Positions 1 to 8,434 are shown, numbered from the stretch's first letter. The stretch is 52,449 nt of DNA from Candidatus Moranbacteria bacterium UBA1302 (GCA_002307715.1 DBUA01000035.1:1-52449); one strand, 5' to 3'. Notes: a model not told the origin generated them from the sequence alone. Made by a program: numbers and translations.

Positions 1-899
1 ATCGTCCGGATGTGCTTGATCCGGCCCTGCTTCGCGCCGGGCGGTTTGAGCGTCGTGTAACGATGGATCTTCCTGATATACATGAGCGGGAACAGATATT
101 GGCGATACATGTTAAGAATAAGCCATTATCTGACAATGTTGATCTGCGAATATTAGCTGAGCGCACGCCCGGATTTTCTGGCGCTGACCTCGCTAATCTC
201 GTCAATGAAGGAGCAATCCTCGCTACGAGAAGGAATAAGAAGACAATAGATTTTGTAGAATTAGTTGAATCTATCGAAAAAGTTATACTTGGTCCAGAGC
301 GACGAAGTCGGGTTATAAGCGACCAAGAGCGCAAGACGATAGCATATCATGAGGCTGGACATGCTTTGATTGGAACGGTTCTTCCGAATGCTGATCCCGT
401 GCATAAAGTATCGATTATTTCTCGCGGACATGCTGGCGGATACACGCTCGCTGTTCCGCAAGAAGATAAAACGCTCCATACTAAAGCGTATTATCTGGAT
501 GAATTATCAGTGTTGCTCGGCGGTTACGCTAGTGAGCGCATGATATTTAGTGATACGACGACAGGTCCATCAAATGACCTTGAAAGAGCCACGCAGATGG
601 CTCGGAATATGGTTACACGTTATGGAATGAGTCGTTTAGGAGCGCGTACGTTCGGTAAAAAAGAAGAATTAGTATTTCTCGGACGTGAGATGCATGAAGA
701 ACGGAATTATTCTGAAAAGACAGCTCAAGACATTGATACTGAAGTGACATGCATGATTGATGAAGCTCTCAAGCGCGCAAGCGATATCTTGAGCCAGAAA
801 CGTGCATTGCTTGATAGGATTGCTCTTGAACTTCTTGAAAAGGAGACGATAGAAAAAGAGCGTTTTGATGCCATTGTAGCAGAAGAAACAAGAGACTAA
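1..899 (+). CDS. ftsH: ATP-dependent zinc metalloprotease FtsH, C-terminal part (5' end outside window)
   Basis: The frame is open from the window edge (RPDVLDPALLRAGRFERRV). It carries the HEAGHAL zinc motif followed by an M41 peptidase-type tail. Confidence 0.95.
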   Translation, partial: RPDVLDPALLRAGRFERRVTMDLPDIHEREQILAIHVKNKPLSDNVDLRILAERTPGFSGADLANLVNEGAILATRRNKKTIDFVELVESIEKVILGPERRSRVISDQERKTIAYHEAGHALIGTVLPNADPVHKVSIISRGHAGGYTLAVPQEDKTLHTKAYYLDELSVLLGGYASERMIFSDTTTGPSNDLERATQMARNMVTRYGMSRLGARTFGKKEELVFLGREMHEERNYSEKTAQDIDTEVTCMIDEALKRASDILSQKRALLDRIALELLEKETIEKERFDAIVAEETRD

Positions 900-1050
900 T
901 AGGGACCGGTAGAATTTTTCGGCTTCTAGGCATTTTTGTTTGGAAGCCGAGTCTTGTTTTAGAGATGTAGAAGAGTACCCTTTACTTTTTAGAGATGAAT
1001 GGGTATACTGATGATTGTTACATTGAGTTTTTAGTATAAAATCAGTTTTT

Positions 1051-1124
1051 GGGCTTGTAGCTCAGTTGGTTAGAGCGCTACATTGACATTGTAGAGGTCT
1101 CCAGTTCGAATCTGGACAAGCCCA
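1051..1124 (+). tRNA. tRNA-Val (GAC)
   Basis: Hand-folded cloverleaf with acceptor gggcttg/caagccc, anticodon loop ttGACat and T-loop ttcgaat. CCA is not encoded. Confidence 0.9.
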
Positions 1125-1184
1125 CATGTAAGAATTCCCTTGTTGTCTAGGAAAATTCAGTGTATCTATTGGTATGCGCAAAAT

Positions 1185-1213
1185 AAAACCCCAAGAAATT
1201 TTCTTGGGGTTTT
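1185..1213. terminator. Bidirectional rho-independent terminator
   Basis: Hairpin aaaaccccaaga/tcttggggtttt with A/T runs on both sides. It sits between tRNA-Val (+) and the stop of the 1229..2185 CDS (-). Confidence 0.65.
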
Positions 1214-1228
1214 ATAATTTGAAGTTTT

Positions 1229-2185
1229 TTAATAGCTGAGTAATGCTGCTGGACCACTTGTACTGACAGATGATTTGAGAGAGGTGCTTGTTTGGCTACT
1301 GACATTGTTGATTTCGCGCTGTATGCTTGACTGTACTTGACCGATACCTTGTTGTACAAGACGATTGATAGTTTGATTAACGGTCGATGTTACGACTCCA
1401 GAAAGAAATTCAGCCGGATTTGAAGCGTTGGCAATAATATCGTTGCCCATGTTTTGCACGCGTGTCGTTATTGCTTCAATAGATCCTGCCGGAGCTATGA
1501 CTTTCCCATTGCTCTGCACAGGAAGAAATCCACCACTTGATTGCGCTTGAACTTCTGCAGTCTTTTGGTTTTCAGCGAGTTTCTTCTGATAAGCATTTTC
1601 AGCTAATAGCGTATAACCGTAAGGGTTGTTCGCTGGATTTGAGAAAAAGGCATTGAATCCTCTCCAATTTCCTTCTGAAAACATTGTTGACGGACTTGAA
1701 GCATAGCTATCAAGATCATACTGAATCGTAGTTGTTCCGCTGTTGACAGTCGCTTGTTTTGCCATTGAGACGAGATATTGAGTATAATTTCCACCTAAAC
1801 CAGAAGAGACATCACCAGCACTGATGTAGTTAGAGGAAGATGACTTTCCTCGTGTCGAAAGCGTAAAAAAATCATTCATGTAGAGGTTCGTTTTTTGTCG
1901 TGGCGTTTGATAAAGAAAGCTATTGTAGTCTGTTATGAAAAGTGCTTGCCCAGAGCTCCCGCCGACAAGTTGGTTGATTTGGCTATTGAGCAATTGTACG
2001 GCCGCGACTTTAAGTGACCCGAGAAGTACGCCTTGGATTTGATCATAAATTTTTTCCATGGCCTGCTTCATGATAGTGGCAGCCATAGTTGTCCCCCAAA
2101 CGTCAGCATGCGCTTGTGGAGCAGAAAAAACTAACAAGAAAGAAAAGGAAAGGAGTAAAGCTGACGATGTGATAATTTTTTTCAT
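1229..2185 (-). CDS. Secreted hypothetical protein (signal peptide)
   Basis: 318-aa ORF. The N-terminus MKKIITSSALLLSFSFLLVFSAPQAHA looks like a Sec signal peptide. I recognise no catalytic motif. Confidence 0.7.
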   Translation of the reverse strand: MKKIITSSALLLSFSFLLVFSAPQAHADVWGTTMAATIMKQAMEKIYDQIQGVLLGSLKVAAVQLLNSQINQLVGGSSGQALFITDYNSFLYQTPRQKTNLYMNDFFTLSTRGKSSSSNYISAGDVSSGLGGNYTQYLVSMAKQATVNSGTTTIQYDLDSYASSPSTMFSEGNWRGFNAFFSNPANNPYGYTLLAENAYQKKLAENQKTAEVQAQSSGGFLPVQSNGKVIAPAGSIEAITTRVQNMGNDIIANASNPAEFLSGVVTSTVNQTINRLVQQGIGQVQSSIQREINNVSSQTSTSLKSSVSTSGPAALLSY

Positions 2186-2221
2186 AAAAATCGTATATTC
2201 GACCTGATCCTTATATGTTCA

Positions 2222-3214
2222 TCAAAGATTGATAGGTAATTCGTCAATCCCGTATTCGGAGAGTTTTTTGCTTACTTCATCTGAAAAAGATATAGACGCT
2301 CCAATGAATCCTTGAGCTTTAGATAGAATTGCTATTTGGCCGATCGGATCGTCCTGTGTTGGTTTCAATTCATTTTTAAGCTGTGATGCATAGAGAGCCA
2401 TTCGGAGCGCTTTTATATGCACATCGAGCATTTCTTCCGGCACCTCTATGTCTTTGATCCCTTTGAATAATTCGTCTCCTTTATCACTGAGCTGATCGAG
2501 ATAACTCATATCTCCCGATGCAAGAGCTGAAATTGATGAGCTTGATAGAGTATCGAGCATATTACTGAAATCATCACCGGTATGGAATGACGTCGGAGAA
2601 TTGTTGGCGATAAGATACGAGACTGAGGTGAGATATTCAGTAGCGTCCTCTTTTTTGGCCTCTTTTTCTGCTTTTGTCCCTAGTTTTTTTGAGGGAGATT
2701 TCTTTATTTTAATGTCAGACATGTTTATTTCAGGCAAAATCACTTCTGAAGTACTCCCGTTCATTATATTTTGGACGGCTGTATTGACTTGCTCTACAGA
2801 GACCGCCTCGTCACCTGAACTATTTTTTATAACTTTTGCAATTTCATTTGAAACCTGTTCCGTTAAGTTAGTATTATTTACATTGGCGGAAGCATCGGTA
2901 ACGTTTGTTGATGATGAAACGGTAACGATTTTGTCTCCAGGAGCTTTTTTCAGAGGATTATAACCGCTTAAAACTTCAACTCCATCAGAATAGCCATCCC
3001 CGTCAGAATCTTTGTTATAGGGATCTGTGCCGTAAAGTGACTCTTCGTCGTTGCTGAGCCCATCCCCGTCAGAATCTTGAAATATGTTTTTTCCTGAAAC
3101 TGAATCATCAGCAAGAACAAAAAAAGCCATACTGAAAAACAGCAGGCCTGAGAACACAAACAACGAAACGCGCACACTCTTCGCAGAAATTTCGCGAAAG
3201 AATGATGGAATCAT
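2222..3214 (-). CDS. Membrane-anchored/secreted protein with thrombospondin-type-3-like Ca-binding repeats
   Basis: 330-aa ORF with an N-terminal TM segment and DSDGDGLSNDEE / DSDGDGYSDG repeats. It lies 36 nt upstream of the 1229..2185 CDS on the same strand. Confidence 0.75.
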   Translation of the reverse strand: MIPSFFREISAKSVRVSLFVFSGLLFFSMAFFVLADDSVSGKNIFQDSDGDGLSNDEESLYGTDPYNKDSDGDGYSDGVEVLSGYNPLKKAPGDKIVTVSSSTNVTDASANVNNTNLTEQVSNEIAKVIKNSSGDEAVSVEQVNTAVQNIMNGSTSEVILPEINMSDIKIKKSPSKKLGTKAEKEAKKEDATEYLTSVSYLIANNSPTSFHTGDDFSNMLDTLSSSSISALASGDMSYLDQLSDKGDELFKGIKDIEVPEEMLDVHIKALRMALYASQLKNELKPTQDDPIGQIAILSKAQGFIGASISFSDEVSKKLSEYGIDELPINL

Positions 3215-3297
3215 AGTACAATAATGTTGGTATGTATATCTATGTATCTAGTATATCATTTTTTTCTTTTTTTTGCAATTATATCTTTTTAAGATAT

Positions 3298-3326
3298 ATT
3301 ATATAATAAATATAAGATTATGTCAA
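3298..3326 (-). promoter_or_regulatory. Consensus sigma70-type promoter for the 2222..3214 operon
   Basis: The minus strand reads TTGACA-17 nt-TATAAT (plus-strand tgtcaa 3321-3326, attata 3298-3303). Confidence 0.55.
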
Positions 3327-3339
3327 TTTATTAGATGAA

Positions 3340-3582
3340 TGTTCCACGTGGAACAATTAAATATCATAAATAACTTATTGAGTTTATTTTTTAATTGTTC
3401 CACGTGGAACAATAAGCATTTTTTAGAATAGTAAAACAGTATTCTTTATGTGTTGTTCCACGTAGAATATATTTATTTTTTAGGTTTTTATTTATATTAT
3501 TTTTTAATTGTTCCACGTGGAACAATAAGCATTTTTTAGAATAGTAAAACAGTATTCTTTATGTGTTGTTCCACGTAGAACA
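3340..3582. promoter_or_regulatory. Array of five 16-bp palindromic operator-like sites (TGTTCCACGTGGAACA)
   Basis: Perfect copies lie at 3340-3355, 3396-3411 (extendable to the 20-bp palindrome attgttccacgtggaacaat) and 3509-3524. The copy at 3567-3582 has one mismatch (tgttccacgtagaaca). The copy at 3454-3469 has two mismatches. Confidence 0.6.
3385..3580. repeat. Perfect 83-bp direct repeat (3385-3467 and 3498-3580, period 113 bp)
   Basis: By hand alignment the two copies are identical. Each holds one perfect palindrome, an agaata..tattct inverted repeat and one degenerate palindrome. Confidence 0.85.
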
Positions 3583-3603
3583 ATAAGTATAAGTTATTAT
3601 TTA

Positions 3604-3632
3604 TTGACAATTATTTATATTTATTTTATAAT
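3604..3632 (+). promoter_or_regulatory. Consensus promoter P1 upstream of tRNA-Ala/tRNA-Arg/rbfA
   Basis: TTGACA (3604-3609), 17 nt, TATAAT (3627-3632). Confidence 0.55.
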
Positions 3633-3650
3633 ATTAATAACAATAATATA

Positions 3651-3680
3651 TTGACTAAATACTATAAATACAGGTATTAT
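3651..3680 (+). promoter_or_regulatory. Promoter P2 upstream of tRNA-Ala
   Basis: TTGACT (3651-3656), 18 nt, TATTAT (3675-3680). This is about 25 nt before the tRNA-Ala 5' end. Confidence 0.45.
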
Positions 3681-3704
3681 TAGTTGGTATAAAAAGAAGA
3701 GAAA

Positions 3705-3777
3705 GGGCCTGTAGCTTAGTTGGTAGAGCGCCTCCATGGCATGGAGGAGGTCAGGAGTTCGAGTCTCCTCAGGTCCA
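3705..3777 (+). tRNA. tRNA-Ala (GGC)
   Basis: Cloverleaf with anticodon loop atGGCat. The acceptor gggcctg/caggtcc gives the G3:U70 alanine identity pair. Confidence 0.9.
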
Positions 3778-3825
3778 CATTTTTGGCTTTTCATACATAA
3801 ATACCGTTAAAACGGTAAAGAATAA

Positions 3826-3897
3826 GCCTCCATAGCTCAATGGATAGAGCTATCGCGTCCTAAGCGAGAGATCTAGGTTCGATTCCTGGTGGGGGCA
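3826..3897 (+). tRNA. tRNA-Arg (CCT)
   Basis: Cloverleaf with acceptor gcctcca/tgggggc, anticodon loop gtCCTaa and T-loop ttcgatt. Confidence 0.85.
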
Positions 3898-3925
3898 CTA
3901 TCCAATAGATTATCATTTTTTATTT

Positions 3926-4261
3926 ATGGCATCATTTAGAGTTACAAAAGTAAATGAATTGATTCGACAGCAGTTGTCTGAGATAATAAATCGAGAATTA
4001 TCCCTTAAACCAGGGGTTTTTATTACTCTTTCTAAAGTTGACACATCAAAAGATCTCAGGTATACTCGGATGTTCGTGAGTGTTTTTCCGGAAGAAGAGT
4101 CTCATTACATTGTTGAAACTCTTAAAAAGGAATTGGGAGGCCTTCAAAAGAAACTTCACGAGAAACTTTATATGAAGCCTTTACCAAAGCTTTCTTTTGA
4201 AATAGATGGTACAGAGAAAGAAGCAGATAAAGTAGAAAAGATTTTGAAGGAGCTTTTTTAA
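3926..4261 (+). CDS. rbfA: Ribosome-binding factor A
   Basis: 111 aa. The N-terminus RVTKVNELIRQQLSEIINRE is typical of RbfA. Confidence 0.85.
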   Translation: MASFRVTKVNELIRQQLSEIINRELSLKPGVFITLSKVDTSKDLRYTRMFVSVFPEEESHYIVETLKKELGGLQKKLHEKLYMKPLPKLSFEIDGTEKEADKVEKILKELF

Positions 4262-4285
4262 GGAAAATGGACTTATCCACAGGTT

Positions 4286-5245
4286 ATGCAGTGTTTTGAT
4301 GCGGAATTTCGAAATCTTGGATATGTCGTGAAAAAATCAGACCGTATTTTGCTTATCGCGCATAGTAGGCCGGATCCGGATACGGTTGGATCTAATGTCG
4401 CTTTATGTGAATATCTTGAATCTCAAGGGAAAAAGACTGATATAGCCTGCTATGATTTTTTCCCTGAAATCATGAAAGGATTGAGTGGGAGACGTTTTGT
4501 TCATCCAGATCATGTAGATTTCGATTCTTATGACGCGATTATTGCCTGCGATAGCGTTGATCGAGGTTTTGATAAGATGATTGGAAATGTTAGTTCTGAA
4601 CAAGTAGTTGTATTGATTGACCATCATCCGGATATAGAATTAGAAGCAGATATCCGTATTGTTGATGTGGAATATTCATCAGCATCAGAATTAGTATATC
4701 TTTTTCTTGAATCAGTTGGAGCCTTGATAACAAAAAGTATGGCGAGCCTCTTGCTTTCGGGTATATTGTTCGACACAGGAAGCTTTCAACATTCGAATGT
4801 TACTCCACGCGTTATGGAGATAGCATCTTGTCTTGTAAAGAAAGGCGCTCCACTCCAAAAAATTACGCAAACTATATTTTCGAATCAGGATGTAGCAGCT
4901 CTTCGTTTGTGGGGAAAAGCTTTTGAAAAAGCAAAATTGAATCCTTTAAACGGAATGATAATGACAGCTGTTACGAAAAAAGATGTTGAAGAGTGCGGGG
5001 CTTCAGCCGATGATATTTATCAAGTGACATCGATATTGAGTACGGTTCCTGATGCAAGATTCGCGCTTGTGCTTTCGGAACGCGATCATGGGATGATAAG
5101 AGCTAGTCTTCGGTCTACAGATTGTTCTAATTTTGATGTTTCGGATATAGCAAAAAGATTCGGTGGTGGTGGGCATAGATTGGCGAGTGGTTTTGAACTT
5201 CCTGGGCGTATTATCGAGACGGAATCAGGTTTTATGGTAGTATGA
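4286..5245 (+). CDS. DHH/DHHA1 phosphoesterase (NrnA-like oligoribonuclease/pAp phosphatase)
   Basis: Motifs HSRPDPDTVGS, LIDHHPD and GGGGH appear in canonical DHH-DHHA1 order. Confidence 0.85.
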   Translation: MQCFDAEFRNLGYVVKKSDRILLIAHSRPDPDTVGSNVALCEYLESQGKKTDIACYDFFPEIMKGLSGRRFVHPDHVDFDSYDAIIACDSVDRGFDKMIGNVSSEQVVVLIDHHPDIELEADIRIVDVEYSSASELVYLFLESVGALITKSMASLLLSGILFDTGSFQHSNVTPRVMEIASCLVKKGAPLQKITQTIFSNQDVAALRLWGKAFEKAKLNPLNGMIMTAVTKKDVEECGASADDIYQVTSILSTVPDARFALVLSERDHGMIRASLRSTDCSNFDVSDIAKRFGGGGHRLASGFELPGRIIETESGFMVV

Positions 5246-5275
5246 ACCGTATAGCGATCCTAGATTTTTTGAAGT

Positions 5276-5851
5276 ATGGACCAAAAAAAGCGTCTTGATC
5301 AAGCGCAAATCAAGTGGAGGGATATGTGCGATTGTTCTCTTCGGAATCAATGTACGCAAGCCGTATTTGGAGAAGGAAATGCTGAGGCAGATATCGTTTT
5401 CATAGGTGAAGCTCCCGGAAAGAATGAAGATATCCAAGGGCGTCCATTTATCGGAGCGGCAGGAAAATTTCTTTCTGAAATGTTGGCGATTATCGGATTG
5501 AAACGCGAGGATGTTTATATTACGAATATCGTGAAATATCGTCCGCCTGAAAATCGTGACCCTGTTCCAGAAGAAATCGAAGCATGTTCGTTGTGGCTTT
5601 ATGAAGAACTTTCAATTATCGATCCGAAGCTGATTGTTATGTTGGGACGGCATGCTCTTGAGCATTTTGTCCCAGGAAAGAAAATATCTGAAGCACATGG
5701 AAAAACGTTTCGTTTGATATTCAACGGACGTGAGCGCTCTTTTTTTGCTTTGTATCATCCGGCCGCTGCTTTGTATAATGGAGGGATGCGGCAGACCTTG
5801 ATTGAAGATTTTAAGAAAATCTCGAAGGTAATTTCGAAGATGGAAAAATAA
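5276..5851 (+). CDS. Uracil-DNA glycosylase, family 4
   Basis: It carries GEGNAEADIVFIGEAPGKNED...GRPFIGAAG and an N-terminal Cys cluster, as in Fe-S family 4 UDGs. Confidence 0.85.
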   Translation: MDQKKRLDQAQIKWRDMCDCSLRNQCTQAVFGEGNAEADIVFIGEAPGKNEDIQGRPFIGAAGKFLSEMLAIIGLKREDVYITNIVKYRPPENRDPVPEEIEACSLWLYEELSIIDPKLIVMLGRHALEHFVPGKKISEAHGKTFRLIFNGRERSFFALYHPAAALYNGGMRQTLIEDFKKISKVISKMEK

Positions 5852-5877
5852 AAACCGGATGAACATCCGGTTTTTTT
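5850..5877 (+). terminator. Rho-independent terminator of the rbfA-udg operon
   Basis: Hairpin aaaaaccgga/tccggttttt followed by a T7 run, immediately after the stop codon. Confidence 0.7.
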
Positions 5878-5878
5878 G

Positions 5879-5960
5879 TGCCGCGGGAGAGACTCGAACT
5901 CTCACGATCTTACGATCCGCGGATTTTAAGTCCGCTGCGTCTACCATTCCGCCACCACGG
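5879..5960 (-). tRNA. tRNA-Leu (TAA)
   Basis: The reverse complement folds with acceptor gccgtgg/ccgcggc, anticodon loop ctTAAaa, a long variable arm and T-loop ttcgagt. Confidence 0.9.
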
Positions 5961-5973
5961 CGATGTCATTTTG

Positions 5974-6044
5974 AGGTCGCGTCCGGAGTCGAACCGGAGT
6001 AAAAGGTTTTGCAGACCTGTGCCTAACCGCTCGGCCACGCGACC
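5974..6044 (-). tRNA. tRNA-Cys (GCA)
   Basis: The reverse complement has acceptor ggtcgcg/cgcgacc, anticodon loop ctGCAaa and discriminator U73 (Cys identity). Confidence 0.85.
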
Positions 6045-6098
6045 GCTAATGTACTTTCCAAGCCTATCAAATAGACTAAGAAGCGTCAATCGTATAAG

Positions 6099-6130
6099 AA
6101 AACCCCTCAAGTTTTTATCGGAGGGGTTTT
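6099..6130 (-). terminator. Terminator after the 3D-domain gene
   Basis: Hairpin aaaacccctc...gaggggtttt with a T-run on the minus strand. Confidence 0.6.
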
Positions 6131-6140
6131 CATCTTTAAT

Positions 6141-6710
6141 TTAGTGAACGACTTCGGCTAACAGGTGTTGACGCCCGAAAGTAAAAGCCTCTTTTTTTGT
6201 TTCTACATAGATATCTATGCGGTTTCCTTTTATAGCACCTCCGCGATCTTCACATCGATATTCGCCAACGCCATTGATACGTATTTTTGTACCGAATGGG
6301 AAGTTGGGAGGACAAGCAATGGTTCGTTTTTCAGTTACTTTTAGTCCTGATGCAGTAACACCATCGTCTTTTCCGCATTCGTCGGCTGCGGCGGTATAGG
6401 CAGAAACATTCACTTTGAATGGTTCAGTGGGAAGATTATCCCACAAATCGGCTTGTTTTTCTTTCCATCGATCGAGAAGTTCGTTCTCTATCGAATGGAT
6501 AGTTTTTGTATCAGAATCCTCGGTATTTTCCATGCGGAGAGTCCATTCAAGTAAAAAAGGATCATTCCGAAAATCATAAGCATCGGAAGAGGATTGATCG
6601 AGCAGGAGAGGCGTATCTATGGAATCTGCATGGACAGAACTTACTCCTATAAAGAAGAAAATAACCCCAAAAATCGTCTGAATGATATGGATTCCTTTCG
6701 GAAAACGCAT
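6141..6710 (-). CDS. Secreted 3D-domain (MltA/YuiC-like) cell-wall protein
   Basis: It has a signal/TM N-terminus. The C-terminal block VSAYTAAADECGKDDGVTASG...FGTKIRINGVGEYRCEDRGGAIKGNRIDIYV is typical of the 3D domain. Confidence 0.8.
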   Translation of the reverse strand: MRFPKGIHIIQTIFGVIFFFIGVSSVHADSIDTPLLLDQSSSDAYDFRNDPFLLEWTLRMENTEDSDTKTIHSIENELLDRWKEKQADLWDNLPTEPFKVNVSAYTAAADECGKDDGVTASGLKVTEKRTIACPPNFPFGTKIRINGVGEYRCEDRGGAIKGNRIDIYVETKKEAFTFGRQHLLAEVVH

Positions 6711-6779
6711 AAAGTGCTCTTACGTGTAAACCGTTTTTTCCGTAGAAATTGCGGGCCGCCTGGTTTGAGGCAACTTGAG

Positions 6780-6808
6780 ATATTAGCATAAAATAAAAAA
6801 AGAGTCAA
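6780..6808 (-). promoter_or_regulatory. Promoter of the 3D-domain gene
   Basis: The minus strand reads TTGACT-17 nt-TAATAT. Confidence 0.5.
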
Positions 6809-6814
6809 GACTGA

Positions 6815-6854
6815 AAATATACTATTTGGCTTAACAAAGCCAAATAGTATATTT
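6815..6854 (-). terminator. 16-bp perfect hairpin (second terminator/insulator after the GGDEF gene)
   Basis: aaatatactatttggc / gccaaatagtatattt with an 8-nt loop and a T-run on the minus strand. Confidence 0.45.
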
Positions 6855-6930
6855 AAAGCTTATATAAGCCACTATGTGGATATCTAGTGGAAAAGAAAAA
6901 AACTTTTGAAAATAAAAATTTATACAATAT

Positions 6931-6954
6931 AAAATGGCTTATAAAAGCCATTTT
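6931..6954 (-). terminator. Terminator of the GGDEF gene
   Basis: Hairpin aaaatggc/gccatttt, about 35 nt downstream of the stop at 6989. Confidence 0.5.
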
Positions 6955-6988
6955 ATTAGTTATACACGAGTTATACAGTTGTGGACAG

Positions 6989-7789
6989 TCATTGTTCTTC
7001 GGGAATTATAGCGCGAGATGTTCGGTTTCTTCCAGATTCTTTTGCAGTGTAAAGTGCTTTATCTGCGAGTTGTATCAAATAGCTGACCCATTGTTTTGTG
7101 GTCGCCTTATCGAATGGTTCCGGTTTTTTTAATTGGTCAGTTCCAATATATCCAATACTGATAGTCTTATGGAGAGTATGTGAGCCACTTTCTCCTGATA
7201 TTTCAAAAGGCGTTTTTTCAACGTTCGCCCGTATTTTTTCGGCAATTTCTGATGCTATAGCTGATGTCGCATCGGGAAGGAAAACGACAAACTCCTCTCC
7301 GCCGTAGCGGTAAACGATATCTGAAGAACGCACAGTCTTGTCGATAATTTCAGCAATCTTTTGAAGAGCCTGATCTCCAGCATCGTGTCCGTAAGTATCG
7401 TTTACGCTTTTGAAGTGGTCAAAATCGAGCATAAGAAAGGAACATTCTTTGCCTTCTCGATGTTCCATAGTAAGGAGTTGAGGTGTTTCTTCAAGAAAAG
7501 CGTTTTTGTTGCGCATTCCAGTGAGTTTATCGGTCCATCGTTCCTGTTCAGCTTCTTTTCGAAACATAGCTTGGTCTGAATAATCATCAGCAAGCGTGCC
7601 GATCATATCGGGGCTAACATGAGCTTGAGCAAGACGTTCGCGGAAATCGCCCTCTTGTTGCGCTAATTCATAAACAGAATCCTCGTATTTATTGTCATGA
7701 TCTCGTAGAGACTCTACGCGTTTACGCTTTTCATTTTTTTGTTCTCCTGTTTTGTCAGTATCTATTAGTGGCTTTACATGTTCAAACAT
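6989..7789 (-). CDS. Diguanylate cyclase (GGDEF domain) with a charged N-terminal region
   Basis: It carries the GGEEF active-site motif, the RSSD I-site five residues upstream, and DFDHFKSVNDTYGHDAGD. Confidence 0.9.
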   Translation of the reverse strand: MFEHVKPLIDTDKTGEQKNEKRKRVESLRDHDNKYEDSVYELAQQEGDFRERLAQAHVSPDMIGTLADDYSDQAMFRKEAEQERWTDKLTGMRNKNAFLEETPQLLTMEHREGKECSFLMLDFDHFKSVNDTYGHDAGDQALQKIAEIIDKTVRSSDIVYRYGGEEFVVFLPDATSAIASEIAEKIRANVEKTPFEISGESGSHTLHKTISIGYIGTDQLKKPEPFDKATTKQWVSYLIQLADKALYTAKESGRNRTSRAIIPEEQ

Positions 7790-8193
7790 AATGTAACAAT
7801 AATTGGATATGAGACTATTTTATCACAAAAATTAGAAAAAATTTGTGAGTATAGATTTTTGATCGTTAGAGTTGTCAGTTAAGAAATAGATGAAGATCTC
7901 ATCAAGGAGATTTCAATGGTGAACTTCTATGCTAATTATGAATGTTCCGTATCGGGGGGAGCTACTTTGTTACCGGAGTACCAGAACTATTGAAGCACTG
8001 AAATGAGAAAGAAATGAGTCGTGCATCAAGTAGTTTTAAAATTTACGAGAGAGATGACCATCCTTTTTTAGGGAAAGAGTATGCGTATCATTCTGAAACA
8101 ATTTAGCGGAAGTTTTTAGCTAGACAACATATTTGGTTCAACCTTGATGAACTCGCTTTCAGGTAAGGCCTAGACTCGTTTTCCCCCATATAA

Positions 8194-8219
8194 AAAAGAG
8201 GCCTATGAAAGCCTCTTTT
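8194..8219 (-). terminator. Terminator after the five-tRNA cluster
   Basis: Hairpin aaaagaggc/gcctctttt with a T-run on the minus strand. Confidence 0.6.
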
Positions 8220-8228
8220 CTAAACCTG

Positions 8229-8300
8229 AGCGGGTAACGGGAGTCGAACCCGTATCTTAACCATGGCAAGGTTACATAATAGCCGCTATACGATACCCGC
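8229..8300 (-). tRNA. tRNA-Gly (GCC)
   Basis: The reverse complement has acceptor gcgggta/tacccgc, anticodon loop ttGCCat and T-loop ttcgact. Confidence 0.85.
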
Positions 8301-8361
8301 ATTGTTCTATTGTACAAAAGACATTTATTTCAAGCAAATATCTTTTGAGTTTTCTTGTGTG

Positions 8362-8434
8362 TGGGTCCGGCTGGATTTGAACCAGCGACCAAGCGGTTAT
8401 GAGCCGCCTGCTCTAACCGCTGAGCTACGGACCC
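8362..8434 (-). tRNA. tRNA with CAT anticodon (elongator Met, or Ile2 if lysidinylated)
   Basis: The reverse complement has acceptor gggtccg/cggaccc, anticodon loop ctCATaa and a paired G1-C72, so it is not an initiator. Confidence 0.8.

Noticed and set aside
3385-3580. Repeats in an AT-rich spacer that could be mistaken for a mini-CRISPR array
   Set aside because: There are only two 83-bp units with a 30-bp gap. Each unit is internally complex (palindrome + hairpin + degenerate palindrome), and no cas genes lie nearby. It is better explained as duplicated operator modules.
3215-3700. Calling the AT-rich palindrome region oriC outright
   Set aside because: It has no exact DnaA box and no dnaA/dnaN nearby, and I cannot compute GC skew. 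It is kept only as an alternative hypothesis in the corresponding finding.
5878-6144. 88-aa plus-strand ORF and 66-aa minus-strand ORF
   Set aside because: They overlap tRNA-Leu(TAA) and tRNA-Cys(GCA) entirely.
6711-6780. c-di-AMP (ydaO) riboswitch upstream of the 3D-domain gene
   Set aside because: With the promoter at 6780-6808 the leader is only about 70 nt, and it lacks the conserved ydaO blocks.
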